A DNA stretch of 61,418 bases, counting the filler, from Candidatus Babelota bacterium (GTDB lineage Bacteria > JAGOBX01), in assembly GCA_017999075.1 (NCBI GenBank). It is 10 parts of 10 records of this genome, joined end to end, with 100 filler letters (N's around TTAATTAATTAA, not from the genome) between each part and the next. Parts side by side here need not be neighbours in the genome. Positions count along the whole stretch, not along the records: positions 48,262 to 52,589 come from JAGOBX010000360.1; positions 52,690 to 57,006 come from JAGOBX010000361.1; positions 57,107 to 61,418 come from JAGOBX010000362.1; 7 more parts are not named here. One strand, written 5' to 3'. The position numbers and the translations under genes are program-made. Every line of letters starts with the position of its first letter. Position 1 is the stretch's first letter. The notes under the pieces are model-generated. The model was not told the origin of the DNA and made no database searches. It saw only the letters and a program-made list of their open reading frames with translations. Positions 51,149 through 61,165 of this stretch are shown here, one piece after another.

Positions 51149-51176
51149 TGTACAAAAATGGAGAGTGACAATTTAT

Positions 51177-51692
51177 ATGGAAAAAGAATCTAATTTCAAA
51201 ACAAATCCTTCTGAAAAAAATTTTTCAAAAGAAGACCATGCAAAAAAATTGGTTAAAAATTATATGTGGTGGTCAATTGGCGCAGGTATTATTCCAATTC
51301 CTTTTGTAGACATGATGTCTGTAACTGGAGTTCAAATGAAATTATTATATGAAATGTCAAAAATTTATAATATCCCATTTAAAGAAAATGCCGTAAAATC
51401 AATTCTTTCAACTTTACTCGGTTCTATAGTCCCAAATTCCTTGTCTTATGGCTCTGTAGGTTCAATCATTAAATCAATTCCATTAATTGGAACCGTATTA
51501 GGCGCTATTTCAATGTCAATTTTTTCAGGAGCAGCTACATATGCAATAGGAAAAGTATTCATACAACATTTCGAATCAGACGGAACATTCCTTGATTTTG
51601 AACCTAATAAAGTTAAAGAATATTTCAAAGAACAGTTTAAGGAAGGCCAAAAAATCAGCGAAGAAATGAATAATAATAAAGATTCATTATGA
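51177..51692 (+). CDS. DUF697/YcjF-like protein
   Basis: GAGIIPIPFVD..Q.K...YNIPF, IPLIG, ATYAIGKVFIQHFE.GTFLDF; start moved to 51177 because of the promoter and RBS. Confidence 0.8.
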   Translation: MEKESNFKTNPSEKNFSKEDHAKKLVKNYMWWSIGAGIIPIPFVDMMSVTGVQMKLLYEMSKIYNIPFKENAVKSILSTLLGSIVPNSLSYGSVGSIIKSIPLIGTVLGAISMSIFSGAATYAIGKVFIQHFESDGTFLDFEPNKVKEYFKEQFKEGQKISEEMNNNKDSL

Positions 51693-51693
51693 T

Positions 51694-52383
51694 ATGATCG
51701 GATTATTTACCCTAAAAATCGATTTTTTAATCAAGGAAACAATAATACTTGAAGCTTATAAACTTTTATCTGCGGAAAGAATTGAATTTTTAAAAAAATA
51801 CGTACACAAGGAAGATTTATTAAGAGGTCTTTATTCATCAATTCTTTCCAGAGCTTTAATATCAAGATACTTGAAAATACCAAACTCAAAAATCATATTT
51901 GATTTCAACAAATATTCCAAACCATTTTTGGCTGGTTTTGAAAATTTTCATTTTAATACTGCTCACTCAGGAGATTACGCAGTTTGTGCGGTAAGCGATA
52001 CTCCGGTCGGTATTGATATTGAGGAAATAAAACCAATTGATTTAAACGTCGCAGAATATGCGTTCAGTGAATTTGAATATAAAGAACTTATTAAAAAAAA
52101 AAATGAAGATCAGCTTGACTATTTTTATAATATCTGGGTATTAAAGGAAAGTTATATAAAAGCCATTGGAACCGGTTTATATACTGAATTAAAATCTTTT
52201 TATTTTGAATTATCAGATAATAATGTGAAAATTCATAACTCAAATAATGATAATTTTTTACATTTCAGAATTTATGATTGTTTTTCCGGATATAAATGCA
52301 GTATTTGTTCTGAAAATATAATTTCCTGCATCAATCCTGAAATTCTTAATTTTTCCTGTTTGATTAATGAATTAAAAAACTAA
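51694..52383 (+). CDS. Sfp-type 4'-phosphopantetheinyl transferase
   Basis: KP, HFNTAHSG, VGIDIE, WVLKESYIKAIGTGL. Confidence 0.93.
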   Translation: MIGLFTLKIDFLIKETIILEAYKLLSAERIEFLKKYVHKEDLLRGLYSSILSRALISRYLKIPNSKIIFDFNKYSKPFLAGFENFHFNTAHSGDYAVCAVSDTPVGIDIEEIKPIDLNVAEYAFSEFEYKELIKKKNEDQLDYFYNIWVLKESYIKAIGTGLYTELKSFYFELSDNNVKIHNSNNDNFLHFRIYDCFSGYKCSICSENIISCINPEILNFSCLINELKN

Positions 52384-52589
52384 AATTCTGATATGAATTT
52401 TATAATTTTATATTAAAAACTTTCGTCTTGTTAAATAAATTTATAAAAAATAAATTTCCTTGACTTTTTTTTTTTTTTTAGTAATATAAATTCTTATCTA
52501 CGGAATATTAGGAACTGTTTCCAAAACAGTTTTTAGAGATTTATACAAAATCAGGTTAATATAAAAATTGATTTTTACAAAATTTTATT

Positions 52590-52689
52590 NNNNNNNNNNN
52601 NNNNNNNNNNNNNNNNNNNNNNNNNNNNNNNNNTTAATTAATTAANNNNNNNNNNNNNNNNNNNNNNNNNNNNNNNNNNNNNNNNNNNN
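52590..52689. other. Artificial contig spacer
   Basis: N44-TTAATTAATTAA-N44. Confidence 0.98.
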
Positions 52690-52879
52690 AAAATCTTTAA
52701 ATTATCCTATACCTCCCGCAAAAACAGAAATTCCGGATGAATTTATTTCAGCAATAAAAAATATCAGTTCTTTAAATTCAGAATTTCTCAATGAAATTCC
52801 GGATAAAATCCGCGATCTGTATTCATTTGAAATATTAAAAAATAAATATTTAAATTTTATAAATAATATTATATCATAA
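52690..52879 (+). CDS. C-terminal fragment, possibly a GT4 glycosyltransferase
   Basis: Open frame ...PDEFISAIK...IRDLYSFEILKNKYLNFI*, upstream of a GtrA gene. Confidence 0.4.
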
Positions 52880-52931
52880 CAAAATATTTTAAAAATTTGT
52901 TTTATAATGACTTTTATTAAAAAATCAGGTT

Positions 52932-53432
52932 ATGCTTTATTATTCTGTAAATTTTATTTACTCAAAAAAAAAAATTATTAAATTTTTATTAGTAGGTTTT
53001 TCTTCATTTGTTCTAAACCTTGCCGCATTATACCTGTTTATCTATATATTTGAAAAAATACATATGATCGACAGGCTGGCAGATTATCTTCCAATACAGC
53101 AAAAAGATAAATTCCCTGCTGATATAGCTAATATTGTAGCAATAGAAATATCTATTTTATTTAACTATATGCTGAGCAGAAACTGGACTTGGAATCATGT
53201 CGAAAAACATCACGGCAGTTTATTATTGTTTCAATGTCTTAAATTTCATCTGGCAATTTTACCCGGCGGAATTTTAAGGATAATCATTTTTCCGGTTTTA
53301 GCGCATGTGGCAAAAATAAATCCAACTGTAAACACTATGATAGGCGTAACTATAGCTATGGTGTTAAATTTTTTATTTTATGATAAAATAGTTTTTACAG
53401 CTAAAAAAAAAGGCAAAAAAATTGAATTGTAA
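52932..53432 (+). CDS. GtrA-family membrane protein
   Basis: IKFLLVG, ANIVAIEISILFNYMLSRNWTW, NFLFYDKIVF. Confidence 0.88.
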   Translation: MLYYSVNFIYSKKKIIKFLLVGFSSFVLNLAALYLFIYIFEKIHMIDRLADYLPIQQKDKFPADIANIVAIEISILFNYMLSRNWTWNHVEKHHGSLLLFQCLKFHLAILPGGILRIIIFPVLAHVAKINPTVNTMIGVTIAMVLNFLFYDKIVFTAKKKGKKIEL

Positions 53433-54231
53433 AATTTGCGGTTCAGACAAAATAAAATCTTTTTTTGTAAAATCAGATAATACCGGCCTGGCGAAATGTT
53501 TGCATTGCGGCGTTTTTTTTACAGAACCGATTCCTTCTCAATCGCTGATAAACGATTTTTATAATAAATCAGATTATTTCAATCACTGGTTTAAATACAA
53601 AAATGTAAAACTTGAAACCGATAAACTCAGATTTGAAAATATTTTAAACTATCACCCAAACCCATGTAAACTTCTTGATTTCGGATGCGGCCCTGGTTTT
53701 TTTTTAAATATAGCAAAATCTAATGGATTAGAAGTTAATGGGGTAGAATTTTCTGATTTTGCCATAAATTATGCCAAAAATGAATTTAACATTAAAATTG
53801 ATAAATTCACAGAATTCCCATTAAAATTTGAAGACAGTTATTTCGATACAATAACTGTATGGCATACTTTAGAACATTTGCATGATCCTAAAACCGCATT
53901 ATCAGAATTCAGAAGAATTTTAAACGATAAAGGAATAATTATAATTGAGGTTCCAAATATAAACGGATTGCTTACTATTCTCCGCGGAAAAAAATCTCTT
54001 CCATTAATTGAACATTTATTTCATTTCAACGTAAAAAGTTTATCTATTTTACTTGAAAAATCAGGATTGAAAATAATATCTGCTACCCCTGGAAGACCTG
54101 GTTATACCAGAACAGGTTTCAAAATATTTATAAAAAAAGCTTTAGCAAAACTCGGAATCTTAATATTTAATATTACCGGAATCAATTTTGGAGACACCAT
54201 TCTTATATATTGTAAAAAAAAAACTTGTTAA
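53422..54231 (+). CDS. Class I SAM methyltransferase with N-terminal CxxC...CxxC
   Basis: CKICG, CLHCG, LLDFGCGPG, FDTITVWHTLEHL, IEVPN, EHLFHF. Confidence 0.9.
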   Translation: MNCKICGSDKIKSFFVKSDNTGLAKCLHCGVFFTEPIPSQSLINDFYNKSDYFNHWFKYKNVKLETDKLRFENILNYHPNPCKLLDFGCGPGFFLNIAKSNGLEVNGVEFSDFAINYAKNEFNIKIDKFTEFPLKFEDSYFDTITVWHTLEHLHDPKTALSEFRRILNDKGIIIIEVPNINGLLTILRGKKSLPLIEHLFHFNVKSLSILLEKSGLKIISATPGRPGYTRTGFKIFIKKALAKLGILIFNITGINFGDTILIYCKKKTC

Positions 54232-54302
54232 TTTAAACTTTATAATTATAATTTTTACAGTTTCTTTTTTATGATTTCAGATTATTATTTTATAATAAAA
54301 TA

Positions 54303-54584
54303 ATGAAAAATAAAAACTTTGTTCAACTTGTAACTGTAAGCGGTAAAGTTCAGGGCGTAGGATTCAGATATTTTGTATATAATCTTGCTCTTCAGCTTGG
54401 CATTAAAGGGTGGATAAAAAATATGCCTGACGGAACAGTTAAAGCCGTTTTATCAGGAAATATTGATAAAGTTTACAATATTATTACTTATATAAAAAAA
54501 GGGCCTCCGTTATCACGTGTTGATAATGTAATTATAACAGATTATCCTGAAGATGAAGATTTTATAAATTTTTCTATCCGATAA
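54303..54584 (+). CDS. acyP: Acylphosphatase
   Basis: VSGKVQGVGFR, GWIKN.PDGTV, KGPPLSRV. Confidence 0.93.
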   Translation: MKNKNFVQLVTVSGKVQGVGFRYFVYNLALQLGIKGWIKNMPDGTVKAVLSGNIDKVYNIITYIKKGPPLSRVDNVIITDYPEDEDFINFSIR

Positions 54585-54597
54585 AGATTTAAACCGA

Positions 54598-55368
54598 ATG
54601 ATTAAAAATTTTATATTATTATTATTATTTATAATAACAATAATTATATCTGGTTGCGCCGTCAAACGCGGCGGATATCATTATCAAGTTAAAGCCGGAG
54701 AAACAATAAATCAAATATCTCAAAAAGTAAATATTCCCGGTGACTTGATAATGAAATCAAATAATATATCTGATCCGACAAAATTAAGAGCCGGAAAATT
54801 AATATTTATTCCTGTGTATAAACCCGGCTCATCCGCTGATATTAAAGAATCTCCAAAAAATAAAAATATTTCTTCAGAAACAAAAAAAGACATAAAACAG
54901 CCGGTAAAAACAAAAAAACAAAAAACAGATAAAAACAAAAATTCAATCTCTAAAAATAAAGAAAAAACAAAACAGCCTTCTGTGATTAAAGATTTTGATT
55001 TTACATGGCCTGCTGCAGGGAAAGTAATAACATTTTTTTCTCCGCTTACAAGGGGGTTGACTATCGAAGTTGAGGAAAACAGCGATATAAAAACTGCAGG
55101 GCCAGGAGTCGTAATTTATACAGATAATTTAAAAGGTTACGGCAACTCTGTTATAATTAAGCACAACGAAAAATATATGACGGTTTATACTTATTTAAAA
55201 GAGGTTACGGTTAAACCCGAACAACCTGTTAAATCAGGAGAAATTATAGGGAAAGCAGGAATTAACGATACTGCTCCTGATTTTGATAAACCTGTTATTC
55301 ACTTTGAAATAAGGCAGTCTGAAGGCGGAAATCCTGTTGCTGTAAATCCGCTATTATTTCTTGATTAA
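54598..55368 (+). CDS. NlpD-like lipoprotein (LysM + degenerate M23)
   Basis: Lipobox ISGC, LysM YQVKAGET, WPAAG, GYGNSVIIKH, IHFEIR; HxxxD zinc motif missing (TRGLTI). Confidence 0.85.
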   Translation: MIKNFILLLLFIITIIISGCAVKRGGYHYQVKAGETINQISQKVNIPGDLIMKSNNISDPTKLRAGKLIFIPVYKPGSSADIKESPKNKNISSETKKDIKQPVKTKKQKTDKNKNSISKNKEKTKQPSVIKDFDFTWPAAGKVITFFSPLTRGLTIEVEENSDIKTAGPGVVIYTDNLKGYGNSVIIKHNEKYMTVYTYLKEVTVKPEQPVKSGEIIGKAGINDTAPDFDKPVIHFEIRQSEGGNPVAVNPLLFLD

Positions 55369-55394
55369 AATTGATGTAATAAAAAACTATAATC

Positions 55395-56750
55395 ATGGAC
55401 AATCAAATGAATATGTCAGATAATAAAAATAATGTTACCCCAAAAAAAAATCAGTCAAACCCTGCAACTGATTCATTAAAAAAAAATAATAAACAAATTG
55501 ATATAACAAAACTTACCGATTCAAAAAATTATCAAAAACTTGTTAAATATGCCCGAATTAATAATAACGTAGTAACTATTGACGCCGTAACGGAATTTTT
55601 ACCAGGAATTGAGCTTGATGAAATAATTTTTTTATTAAAGCAGGATGGCATTGAATTAATCGACGATTCCGAAATTCAGGATGATGATTCGGCAAATGAA
55701 ACAGAAGATTCAGAATTAAAAGAAAACCCGTTTGTACAGGATTTAATTAAAATTTATTTAAAAGAAATCGGAAAATATAGTTTACTTACTCCTGAAAAAG
55801 AAAAAGAATATTCCGATGAGTTACAGGGATACAAAAACAGCATAATAAAAATCCTCGAAACAAACAATATTAAAAAACCTTCATTCGATGAAATAAAAGA
55901 ATATTTTTTCAAACGGGATCTTAAAACAATAAAATCAATGTTTACAAAGAATTCAAATTGTTCTGAAGATGTTTTGAATAAAATTTTCAAATCAATAATA
56001 GATAAAATGAAAATATACAGCGAAATACGTACAGCTTTTACAGAAGCCAATCTTCGTCTTGTCGTAAACATAGCAAAAAAATATTTAAATCAAGGGCTGC
56101 CTTTTCTTGATTTAATAAATGAAGGCAACCTCGGATTATTGACAGCCATAGAAAAATTTGACACAAAATTCGGATATAAATTCAGCACTTATTCTTGCTG
56201 GTGGATAAAACAAAGCATTCGAAGAGCTTTAGTTGATAAAAGTAAGAATATACGCCTGCCTGTGCATATAGCAGATTTAATTTCAAAATACAAACGCACA
56301 AATTCCAGGCTTTTATTTGAATTAGGAAGGACTCCCAGTATTGAAGAAATTGCTTCGTCTATGCAATTAACTCCTGAAAGAATAATCCAACTAACCCTTG
56401 CTGCTCAAGACATAACCTCCCTTGATATATCGGCTAACGACGAACAAAGTTCTATTGCGGAACTTATTGAAGATGAAAGCGCTCAAAATTCATTCAACAA
56501 TATTGACATAAAAGATTTAAGCAATACAATAAATAATCTGCTTAAAGACTTTAATGAAAAAGAGCGCGCTGTTATTTGTTATAGATTCGGACTGAATAAC
56601 TGTCAGCCTATGACTCTAAATGAAATAGGAGAAAAAATGGATTTATCAAGAGAGCGCGTACGTCAGATTCAGGACAAAACAATGATAAAACTCCGCAAAC
56701 TTCTTGAAAAAGATAAATTTAAAAATTTTACTTCACCATATAAAACTTAA
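55395..56750 (+). CDS. Sigma70-family factor (RpoD/RpoS-like, probably group 2)
   Basis: Region 1.2 YLKEIGKYSLLT, NLRLVVNIAKKY, DLINEGNLGL, KFSTYSCWWIKQ, IRLPVH, SRERVRQIQ. Confidence 0.92.
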   Translation: MDNQMNMSDNKNNVTPKKNQSNPATDSLKKNNKQIDITKLTDSKNYQKLVKYARINNNVVTIDAVTEFLPGIELDEIIFLLKQDGIELIDDSEIQDDDSANETEDSELKENPFVQDLIKIYLKEIGKYSLLTPEKEKEYSDELQGYKNSIIKILETNNIKKPSFDEIKEYFFKRDLKTIKSMFTKNSNCSEDVLNKIFKSIIDKMKIYSEIRTAFTEANLRLVVNIAKKYLNQGLPFLDLINEGNLGLLTAIEKFDTKFGYKFSTYSCWWIKQSIRRALVDKSKNIRLPVHIADLISKYKRTNSRLLFELGRTPSIEEIASSMQLTPERIIQLTLAAQDITSLDISANDEQSSIAELIEDESAQNSFNNIDIKDLSNTINNLLKDFNEKERAVICYRFGLNNCQPMTLNEIGEKMDLSRERVRQIQDKTMIKLRKLLEKDKFKNFTSPYKT

Positions 56751-56803
56751 ATAAAATTGACATTTAAAAGATTTGGGTTTTATAGTATGTGTCATAAAAA
56801 AAT

Positions 56804-57006
56804 TTACAACACCCTGTATATCTTAACCTTTTCATGTTTTCCTTTAACTGTAGTTTCTTCCACAAAATCAATCTTAAACTTATCTTTAACTTTTAAATAA
56901 GTCGATTCTGAAATAAGGATTTCTTCTTTTGCAGCTATTGACTGAAGGCGGGCTGCAAGGTTCACGTTATCGCCTATAGCAGTATAATCAATACGCTGTA
57001 CAGAAC
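56804..57006 (-). CDS. Class III adenylate/guanylate cyclase, C-terminal fragment (not in the ORF track)
   Basis: Translates SVQRIDYTAIGDNVNLAARLQ...ILISESTY...VKGKHEKVKIYRVL*. Confidence 0.9.
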
Positions 57007-57106
57007 NNNNNNNNNNNNNNNNNNNNNNNNNNNNNNNNNNNNNNNNNNNNTTAATTAATTAANNNNNNNNNNNNNNNNNNNNNNNNNNNNNNNNNNNNNN
57101 NNNNNN
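57007..57106. other. Artificial contig spacer
   Basis: N44-TTAATTAATTAA-N44. Confidence 0.98.
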
Positions 57107-60100
57107 GAAGATCATGATTGAATAAATAAGTATTTTTTTCTTTATTATTTCCAATAAAATGAAGAAAATTATTGTCGCAGAATTTTTTCATTGCAGAGAA
57201 TAAATTTATTTTCAGTCTCATTTTTTTTGATATATACTCAATGACTTCAAACTTGAATTCTCTTCCTGCGATGGCTGCAAATGACAAGATTAATTTTTCA
57301 TTTTCAAAAAATTTGTCGAATTGGCTTATAATAACAGAATTTACCGAATCAGGAATTTTAGAATTTTCTAAAACGTTTTGAGAAGAATTAATAATCTGTG
57401 AAATGAAAAACGGGTTGCCTGAAGTTTTTTGATAAATTTCAAAAGCGTATTTGTTTGAAATATTAGAATTGATATTCAAATTTTTAATATATTGTTTCAT
57501 TTCGGAAAAAGTAAATGGTTTTATATCGATTTTAGTATATATCCGATTGTCGCAATCATTGATGAAAATATTTTCAGGCCGTTGAGTCATAATAAAATAT
57601 AGTTTTTTTATATTTTTTTGATTTTTGTTATGTTTTATTAATTCCTGAAGAAGTTCAAGAGAAATTTCATCAATCCAGTGAATATCTTCTAATATTATAA
57701 GAACCCTGTCTTCTGCCAATATAAAAAATAATTCTATTATTGACTGAAAAAATTCTGATTTATTGTTTTTGCTGTCATGATTGGAATATTCATCAGAGTT
57801 ATCTTGAATTTTTATATCGAGCAGGTTTGCTATGAGCGGAATGCATTTTAATAAGTATTGTTTTTGAATCGCCAATAATGATTTTTTTAAATCATGACCG
57901 ATTTTTTCTGTTATTAATTTTTTTAGTAACTGCTTCCACATATAGAATGGAACTGAGGAAAGATGAAGCGAATATCCTGCTGAAAAAATTTTAAATCCGT
58001 TATTGATAAATATTTTTTGTATATGACGGACAAAAGAAGATTTCCCTGTTCCAGCCTGTCCGATTATGTGAATAAAATACGGGAAAAAATTTTCGTTATA
58101 TAATATTTTTTCTACAATTTCTGTTTCATTTTTTCTGCCTAAAAATATAGTATAGTCTTTTCTTAAAATATTTTGAGAATCTTTTTTTCCTATTAATTCA
58201 AAAAAATCATATTTTTCTTTTATTCCTTTCAAGTAAGCATATTTTTTTTTAAACTTAAAAAGTTCTGAATGTTTTTCAGCAATGTCAGAACCGCAGTATA
58301 TTTTATCTTTCGGAGCAATAGACATAAGTCTTGCTGCAATATTGACTACATTTCCCATGACAGTATATTCTTTTCTGTTCAAGGAACCTATCAGTCCTAT
58401 GAAAGCATTACCATAATTTATTCCTGTTTGTTGAGATATTCGGCATTTGCAAATATTTTTTTTACATTTGGTTCTGATTTCTGAATTTATTTTTTTTATA
58501 GCATCTCTCATTTCAATAGCGAACCTCAATGTGTTTTCGGTAAAGTTATCGTAACACACTGGCGCCCCGAAAATTATTAAAAATTTTTCTCCGGAATGAG
58601 ATATATCGCTGCGCAGAAATTCTCCTTTGTAAGCTGTTGTAATATCAATTAATTTTTCAAAATAGCGTTTAACAGATGATTTTAAATTATCGCAAAAATG
58701 TTTTTCATTCAAACTTATCATGTCTGAAAAACCAGAGATATTTATGAATACAACTGCAATATTTCTGTTTACGGAAAGCAGATCGTATTTATAATTTAAA
58801 TTTATTATGCTTGATAAAACAGCTGAAGGAATAAACTGAAATAATTTAAAACATAATTCACGGCATTTATTTCTGTCAATCTCAAAATCAGAAATGCGTT
58901 CCATGCTGTTTTTAAATTCTTGAGGATAAACATAATTAGAATTATTGTTTATGTAAAAAAAGTCTTTTGATCCTTTTACCTGAATTAAATTAAATTGAGG
59001 AGGTAATTCTATAGCAGATTTGCGTGAAATTACGATTTCTCCTGATTCTGCCATTTTTTCCGCTTCAGCAAGTTTAGATAAAGTTTTTCCGCAAATATAA
59101 TATTCTTTTCTGATATTTTTATAATTCAATACAGTAGATATTACTTCTCCGCTGCTTATACCTATATGAATATTAAAAACATATTTTTTTTTAAATATTT
59201 CAATAGGCTGTTTGTTTTTTAAAAAGTCAATAATCTTCAATGCCGTAAATGCAGCATTTATTTTTGCCATTGATTTGTTAGTTATATTTTCAGGATACAT
59301 AGCCATTAAAGAATCTCCGCCGAATTTTAATATAGAACCGCCATATTCATTTATAATGCTGATAAAATTAGTGAAAATAGAATTTATCGTGGTTGTAAGA
59401 ATTTCAGCAGCTTGATCTCCGGAGTTTTGTAATTCATTTAATAATTTCGTGAATCCGCTAATATCTGAAAACAAAAATGTGTAATGAACTTTTCTGAAAT
59501 CGAATTTATAATTATTCGGTTTTTTCAGTAAAATAATCAGCAGATAACTTGGAATAAATATTTGTAAAATCCCAAACAATTTTTTATAGTCATCGTTAGT
59601 TTTCAAGTTGCTGAAAATTTCAGGTAAAAATTCATGGCGTTCATTATGGCTGCTTAAAAGAGATATTCTGGTTTCAGATTGAGTTGAAAATGAACTGTGA
59701 TATGACGGCATATCTGATTCTAAAAAGTTTTTAAAATACGGAATAGATTCATTTGTTTTTTCAGTGTTATAAAGACAATCTCCGATCAAAAACAGAACGT
59801 CTCTATTTAATCTTTCATTACTTTTTAAATAAGATAGAGCCGTTTCATATTCGCCGTACCACCATAGTTTCACTCCTTTAAAAAAGTTACAAGATGACTC
59901 TGAAATATTTATTTTTTGATTAATCGGAATACCAAGTTTGTTTAATGTAAGTTTTTCAATATCTGCTATAAGTTCTCCATATACACGGCGTAAAGGGATA
60001 ATATTTTTGAGTGAATCGTCGAGTTCAATAAAATACCTGTGTTCCGGAAGATATGCTTTGGTCAATCCGCATAAACCCTGAATAGTTTTTAAAGAAATGG

Positions 60101-61133
60101 AATAATATTCGCAATAATTTTTAAATGTCAGATTTTGATAATATACTTCTTCTATGCTGCCGTAATTTTTATAAATTTTTATCATTTCGGCAATTTTAGG
60201 TTCTGAAACTTTTATTGTCCTGCATACTGATTCAATAGCCATTTCAGGGGATATGTAAAACGGTTCGGCAATTGTAACAGGATGTGATTCTCCTTTTTTT
60301 TCTTTTTTTGATTTAATACCGGCAATATATTCCGGCAATTCTTTATGAAGTGAAATTTTATCTAATATTTCTGAGCATACAGAGTAATAAGTTTCAGGAA
60401 AATTCATTTTGTTCATCTCAAAATTATTTTTATAATAAAAACAATTTGAACTGTATGAAAAATTAGATGCGTATTTATCCGCTGTTTTAATATATATGTC
60501 GTGAATGAAAGATGATTCGAAATCAGGGTAATGGCAATCATTTGTAAGAACAGGATTGCAATTATATTTTTTGCACATTCCGGAAATAAAAGAATTTACT
60601 TTTGACTGCATTGCGATGTCGTGGCCTGAAACTTCAGGATAAAAATCTTTACCGAATTCTGAATAAAATTTTTTGAAAATAAGTTCGGCTTGTTCAATGT
60701 TTCCTGATGATAAAGAAATCCCTATTGGTCCTCCTATGCATCCTGATAAAACGATAAGTCCTGCTTTCCGTTCAATTAATTTATTTAATTTTACTACAGC
60801 ATATTTTGGCGGAAGAAAATTATCTGTCCATGCATCTGAAACGATCCGGACAAGATTAAAAAAACCTTCCAGATTTTTTGCTAAAACAACAAGATGGGAA
60901 ATCTTATTGTTTTTATTATCTTCAAAAGAAAAATATAATTCACATCCCAGAACAGGAATTATATTGTTCTCAATGCAGGAAAAGTAAAAAGGCCAAACAG
61001 CGGCCAAAGTCCCGTGATCAGTTATCCCCAATGCTTTATGATTATTTTCTTTTGCAAGTTTTACTGCACTTTCAATGCGTAAAACACTGTCGGAAAAAGA
61101 ACCGAAAAAATGATTATGCAAATGAAAATACAT
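57107..61133 (-). CDS. Multidomain fusion: DnaE-type PHP + DnaE remnant + TPR + two class III cyclase domains + STAND/AAA NTPase; 3'-truncated
   Basis: HLHNH/TDHG/GCE/SHL/SGC/NDCHY; FSDISGFT and KFGGD; EYTVMGNVVNIAARL; FLGRKNE, GQAGTGKS, LEDIHWID, GNPFF, FNHDL. Confidence 0.9.
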
Positions 61134-61165
61134 TTAAAAATCCGGATATATTGAATAATGTTTTA

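Noticed and set aside
30408-52383. NRPS and PKS/PPTase as one demonstrated cluster
   Set aside because: They are on separate contigs; linkage cannot be shown from this window.
52384-52589. Non-coding tail with a poly-T run and AACTGTTT/AAACAGTT hairpin as an ncRNA
   Set aside because: Low complexity, no recognisable RNA family motif, and truncated by the spacer.
21322-57106. Nine identical TTAATTAATTAA elements at ~4.4-kb spacing as a biological repeat
   Set aside because: They are N-flanked stop-codon linkers. The contigs between them fall steadily in size (4393 to 4317 bp), so the periodicity is a sorting artefact.
56804-61133. Cyclase fragment at 56804-57006 as the continuation or operon partner of the PHP-cyclase gene
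   Set aside because: They are on different contigs separated by an artificial spacer.
57107-61133. Annotation as dnaE (DNA polymerase III alpha)
   Set aside because: Polymerase catalytic motifs, fingers and OB domain are absent; about two thirds of the protein is cyclase and NTPase.
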